Below, one piece after another: positions 8,108 through 10,510 of a DNA stretch of 10,510 nt; the first letter of the stretch is position 1, and every line of letters begins with the position of its first letter. Below the pieces are notes generated by a model. It searched no databases and had not been told where the DNA came from. It saw only the letters and a program-made list of their open reading frames with translations. The DNA comes from a virus (Duplodnaviria > Heunggongvirae > Uroviricota > Caudoviricetes). A program made the position numbers and the translations under genes. The stretch spans positions 1-10,510 of IMG/VR virus record IMGVR_UViG_2690315922_000021. One strand, given 5' to 3'.

Positions 8108-8114
8108 TAAGTAA
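7974..8114 (+). CDS. Hok/Gef-family type I toxin (small membrane peptide)
   Basis: 46-codon ORF absent from the ORF track (below length cutoff): MTQIPLKTLLLCITAVAIIWILHTSPCELRFRFAGTEIAAFLLCNK. Has an N-terminal transmembrane helix with conserved Cys-x-Thr and the C-terminal CE[LI]R[FY]R.G..E[IV]AAF signature of Hok, HokB and RelF as recalled. Shine-Dalgarno AGGAGA 8 nt upstream of the ATG. Confidence 0.7.
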   Translation: MTQIPLKTLLLCITAVAIIWILHTSPCELRFRFAGTEIAAFLLCNK

Positions 8115-8200
8115 GATAACCGCGACGGGGGAGTAATCCCCCGTCAATCGGTTGCTAAGGTTGGTCGAAACGGCACCCTATCTCACAGACATGAACAACA

Positions 8201-8234
8201 AACCCGCAGCGTAAAAACTGCGGGTTTTCTTTTT
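8201..8234 (+). terminator. Rho-independent terminator (3' end of hok-like transcript)
   Basis: CCCGCAG (8203-8209) / CTGCGGG (8218-8224) stem with loop CGTAAAAA, followed by TTTTCTTTTT (8225-8234). Confidence 0.75.
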
Positions 8235-8258
8235 GGTGCCCTCACAAATGAGGGCACC
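8235..8258. repeat. Perfect 9-bp inverted repeat GGTGCCCTC-N6-GAGGGCACC
   Basis: Arms at 8235-8243 and 8250-8258. Not followed by a U-tract on either strand, so it is either a second hairpin of a tandem terminator or a protein-binding dyad upstream of the com-like gene. Confidence 0.5.
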
Positions 8259-8280
8259 ATACATAAGCAATAGGCATAAC

Positions 8281-8320
8281 AGATCGATGCAATAAATCCG
8301 ATCGATAAAAACGATCGATT
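8281..8320. promoter_or_regulatory. Cluster of three GATCGAT repeats upstream of the com-like gene
   Basis: AGATCGAT (8281-8288), CGATCGAT (8299-8306), CGATCGAT (8312-8319). GATCGAT was not found elsewhere in the window on visual scan. Lies 45-85 bp upstream of the com-like start. Confidence 0.5.
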
Positions 8321-8363
8321 TGTTATCATATCGGCAGCAGTAACCACACAAGAGGTGCCGCAA

Positions 8364-8561
8364 ATGACGCAAAATGTACGATGCAAAAATTGCAACAAAC
8401 TACTTGCCCGCGCCTCATTTCACTACATTGAAATAAAATGTCCGCGCTGCAAAACACTTAACCAGATAACGAGAGCCATCGAGCACCCCACACACATTAG
8501 GAGTTATGACCGTGGGGATCGCAATCCAGCACCAACCAGCACATACACCGGAACACACTAA
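8364..8561 (+). CDS. com: Mu Com-like zinc-finger translational regulator
   Basis: 66-aa ORF from the ATG at 8364 (the track starts at a GTG at 8355). RCKNCNKLL...HIEIKCPRCK...EHPT matches the Mu Com Cys4 zinc finger (RCKNCNKLL...HIEIRCPRCK...EHPT) as recalled. Shine-Dalgarno AGAGGTG upstream. The 3' end overlaps the start of the downstream methyltransferase. Confidence 0.85.
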   Translation: MTQNVRCKNCNKLLARASFHYIEIKCPRCKTLNQITRAIEHPTHIRSYDRGDRNPAPTSTYTGTH

Positions 8562-9297
8562 GGTTTATCAGACTGACAATGCCACGCTCTGTCGTGGGAA
8601 TGCGCTGGAAATATTGCCGCTGATTGAGCCAGAAAGCATTGATGCCTTAATCACTGACCCGCCTTACAGTTCGGGTGCGACACACAAGGCCGGACGCACC
8701 AACCAGGGCAGCCATGCAAAATATCTGAACGGCGAGAACATTCACCGTTTTGATGGGTTCGCGGGTGAAAACATGGACGCCCGTTCGTGGGCTTACTGGA
8801 CACAATTATGGATGGCACAGGCACACCGCGCAGTCAGGCCGGGCGGTTATGCCCTGGTATTTACTGACTGGCGACAATTACCAGCTTTAACCGATGCGTT
8901 TCAGGCCAGTGGCTTTACATGGCGCGGCATCATTGCGTGGAACAAGGGGAGGGGGTCACGAACACCACATACCGGGTATTTCCGGCATCAGTGCGAATAC
9001 ATCGTCTGGGGCAGCAAAGGCCATTTAGATAAATCGCCTTCGGGACCGTTCGACGGCTGCATGACATTCCCGGTTATCCCGTCAAAGAAAATGCACCCGA
9101 CCGGAAAACCAGAAGAACTAATGGCGGAACTGGTCAGGACTGTGAATAGTGGCGGAACAGTCCTTGATCCTTTTATGGGGTCAGGGACAACGGGTGTGGC
9201 TGCACTGAAAGCAGGACGCAAATTTATTGGTATAGAAACCAGTGATCATTATTTTGATGTAGCAACACAACGGCTAAAAACGGCGATCGAACCATAA
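8506..9297 (+). CDS. DNA methyltransferase, beta-class amino-MTase (probably N6-adenine), orphan
   Basis: 263-aa ORF with motif IV DPPY near the N-terminus (LITDPPY) and motif I FMGSGTTG near the C-terminus, the IV-then-I order of beta-class N6A/N4C methyltransferases. Shine-Dalgarno AGGAG upstream of the ATG at 8506. No restriction endonuclease partner in the window. Confidence 0.9.
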   Translation: MTVGIAIQHQPAHTPEHTKVYQTDNATLCRGNALEILPLIEPESIDALITDPPYSSGATHKAGRTNQGSHAKYLNGENIHRFDGFAGENMDARSWAYWTQLWMAQAHRAVRPGGYALVFTDWRQLPALTDAFQASGFTWRGIIAWNKGRGSRTPHTGYFRHQCEYIVWGSKGHLDKSPSGPFDGCMTFPVIPSKKMHPTGKPEELMAELVRTVNSGGTVLDPFMGSGTTGVAALKAGRKFIGIETSDHYFDVATQRLKTAIEP

Positions 9298-9302
9298 GAC
9301 AA

Positions 9303-9330
9303 AGCCCGCAATGTTGCGGGCTTACTCTAC
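9303..9330 (+). terminator. Probable intrinsic terminator downstream of the methyltransferase
   Basis: AGCCCGCAA / TTGCGGGCT inverted repeat (9303-9322) followed by a pyrimidine-rich TTACTCTAC tract. The U-tract is weak. Confidence 0.4.
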
Positions 9331-9462
9331 CTCTCGAAAATGTGGTCACTGCGTGGACATACGCTGATACAAATCCTTTTATATCAATAAATTAAATCTT
9401 TGTTTTTTTCATCAACAAGGATTTTCACGTTTGTGGTACCTGTATGAGACGAGAGTTAACCA

Positions 9463-9479
9463 AACAAGTGTGCCATAAT
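9463..9479 (+). promoter_or_regulatory. Candidate extended -10 promoter for flk
   Basis: TGTGCCATAAT (TG-n-CATAAT) about 50 bp upstream of the flk ATG in an AT-rich region. Sequence inspection only. Confidence 0.25.
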
Positions 9480-9526
9480 CTCGCGCCCAGGCATACTTGC
9501 GATGATTTCAGGTATAAGGATACATA

Positions 9527-10510
9527 ATGATACAACCTATTTCCGGCCCTCCTCCCGGGCAACTGCCAGACCGGGAAAACAGCGCAGGCAATCAGCCTTT
9601 ATCCAGTCTGCAACGAACCGCCCTGGAAAGCTTGATGACCAAAGTAACCTCGCTGACGCAACAACAGAGAGCGGAGTTATGGGCCGGCATCAAACACGAC
9701 ATCGGCCTGCCAGGCGATTCACCTTTACTCTCGCGCCACTTCCCCGCTGCGGAACATAACCTCGCGCAACGTCTGCTTGCCGCGCAAAAGAGCTATTCTG
9801 CTCGTCGGCTTTTAGCCCAGTTAGGAGAATATTTACGGTTGGGAAATAACCGTCAGGCGGTTACGGATTACATCCGAAATAACTTTGGTCAGACACCGCT
9901 TAACCAACTCTCGCCAGAACAATTAAAGACCATTCTTAACCTGTTACAGGAAGGGAAAATGGTTATTCCTCAACCACAGCAACGTCAGGCTACCGATCGT
10001 CCTTTATTACCGGCGGAGCATAATACGCTTAAACAACTGGTGACTAAACTCGCCGCGGCGACAGGGGAACCCAGCAAGCAGATCTGGCAGTCGATGCTGG
10101 AGCTTTCTGGTGTGAAAGATGGCGAACTAATCCCGGCAAAACTGTTTAACCATCTGGTCACCTGGTTGCAGGCGCGTCAGAGCTTAAGCCAACAAAATAC
10201 CCCGACGCTGGAATCGCTTCAGATGGCGCTAAAGAAACCGCTGGATACCAACGAGCTGGCAGCACTATCCGCGTATATCGAGCAAAAATATGGCCTTTCC
10301 GCGCAATCCGTCCTTTCTTCTGTACAGGCTGAGGATATCCTGAACCAGCTCTATCAACGGCGGGTTAAAGGGATTGATCCACGAGACATCCAGCCACTGC
10401 TCAATCCCTTTCCACCATTAATGAACACATTGCAAAATATGGCGACACGTCCCAGCGTGTGGATTTTATTAGTCGCCATCCTCATCATGCTGGTCTGGCT
10501 GGTACGTTAA
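9527..10510 (+). CDS. flk: Flagellar regulator Flk (C-tail-anchored inner-membrane protein), host chromosomal gene
   Basis: 327-aa ORF beginning MIQPISGPPPGQ, Gln-rich, with a single C-terminal hydrophobic anchor (WILLVAILIMLVWLVR). Matches enterobacterial Flk as recalled. Shine-Dalgarno AAGGA upstream. Confidence 0.8.
   Translation: MIQPISGPPPGQLPDRENSAGNQPLSSLQRTALESLMTKVTSLTQQQRAELWAGIKHDIGLPGDSPLLSRHFPAAEHNLAQRLLAAQKSYSARRLLAQLGEYLRLGNNRQAVTDYIRNNFGQTPLNQLSPEQLKTILNLLQEGKMVIPQPQQRQATDRPLLPAEHNTLKQLVTKLAAATGEPSKQIWQSMLELSGVKDGELIPAKLFNHLVTWLQARQSLSQQNTPTLESLQMALKKPLDTNELAALSAYIEQKYGLSAQSVLSSVQAEDILNQLYQRRVKGIDPRDIQPLLNPFPPLMNTLQNMATRPSVWILLVAILIMLVWLVR

Noticed and set aside
7783-8200. 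tRNA or tmRNA gene as an integration target after ogr
   Set aside because: No T-loop-like GTTCGAATC or CCA-end cloverleaf candidates seen by eye. The region is better explained by the hok-like locus.
8178-8398. Two overlapping minus-strand ORFs (64 aa and 71 aa) across the GATC cluster and com start
   Set aside because: They run antisense through an AT-rich regulatory region and the start of the com-like gene, have no ribosome-binding site, and translate to Cys/Leu-rich low-complexity sequence.
8506-9297. Possibility that the gene downstream of com is a Mom-type acetamido-adenine modification enzyme
   Set aside because: The protein carries DPPY and FMGSGTTG SAM-dependent amino-methyltransferase motifs in beta-class order, not an acyltransferase-like Mom sequence.
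9502-9759. 85-aa plus-strand ORF overlapping the flk start in another frame
   Set aside because: Out of frame with the well-supported flk ORF that has a proper Shine-Dalgarno, and the translation is low-complexity.

Overview
This window reads as the right arm of a P2-like (Peduovirus-type) prophage followed by cargo genes and a host gene. All calls rest on reading the translated ORFs and the DNA by eye; no database search was run. Left to right: a complete Gin/Hin-family serine DNA invertase (1-600, +); a minus-strand tail operon (sheath FI, tube FII, chaperone E with a -1 frameshift extension E', tape measure T, tail protein U; 627-6212); then, divergently on the plus strand, baseplate hub gpD and the Ogr zinc-finger late activator (6370-7782). 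The low-coding stretch after ogr holds a small hok/gef-like type I toxin ORF (7974-8114) that is below the ORF-track length cutoff, with an overlapping mok-like frame and an intrinsic terminator. Next is a Mu Com-like zinc-finger gene (8364-8561) overlapping the start of a beta-class DPPY DNA methyltransferase (8506-9297), preceded by three GATCGAT repeats. The window ends with the host flagellar regulator gene flk (9527-10510). The most interesting points are the Com-like/methyltransferase pairing, the unlisted hok-like toxin, and the fact that the FI-to-U block is inverted relative to D-ogr with an invertase gene beside it.
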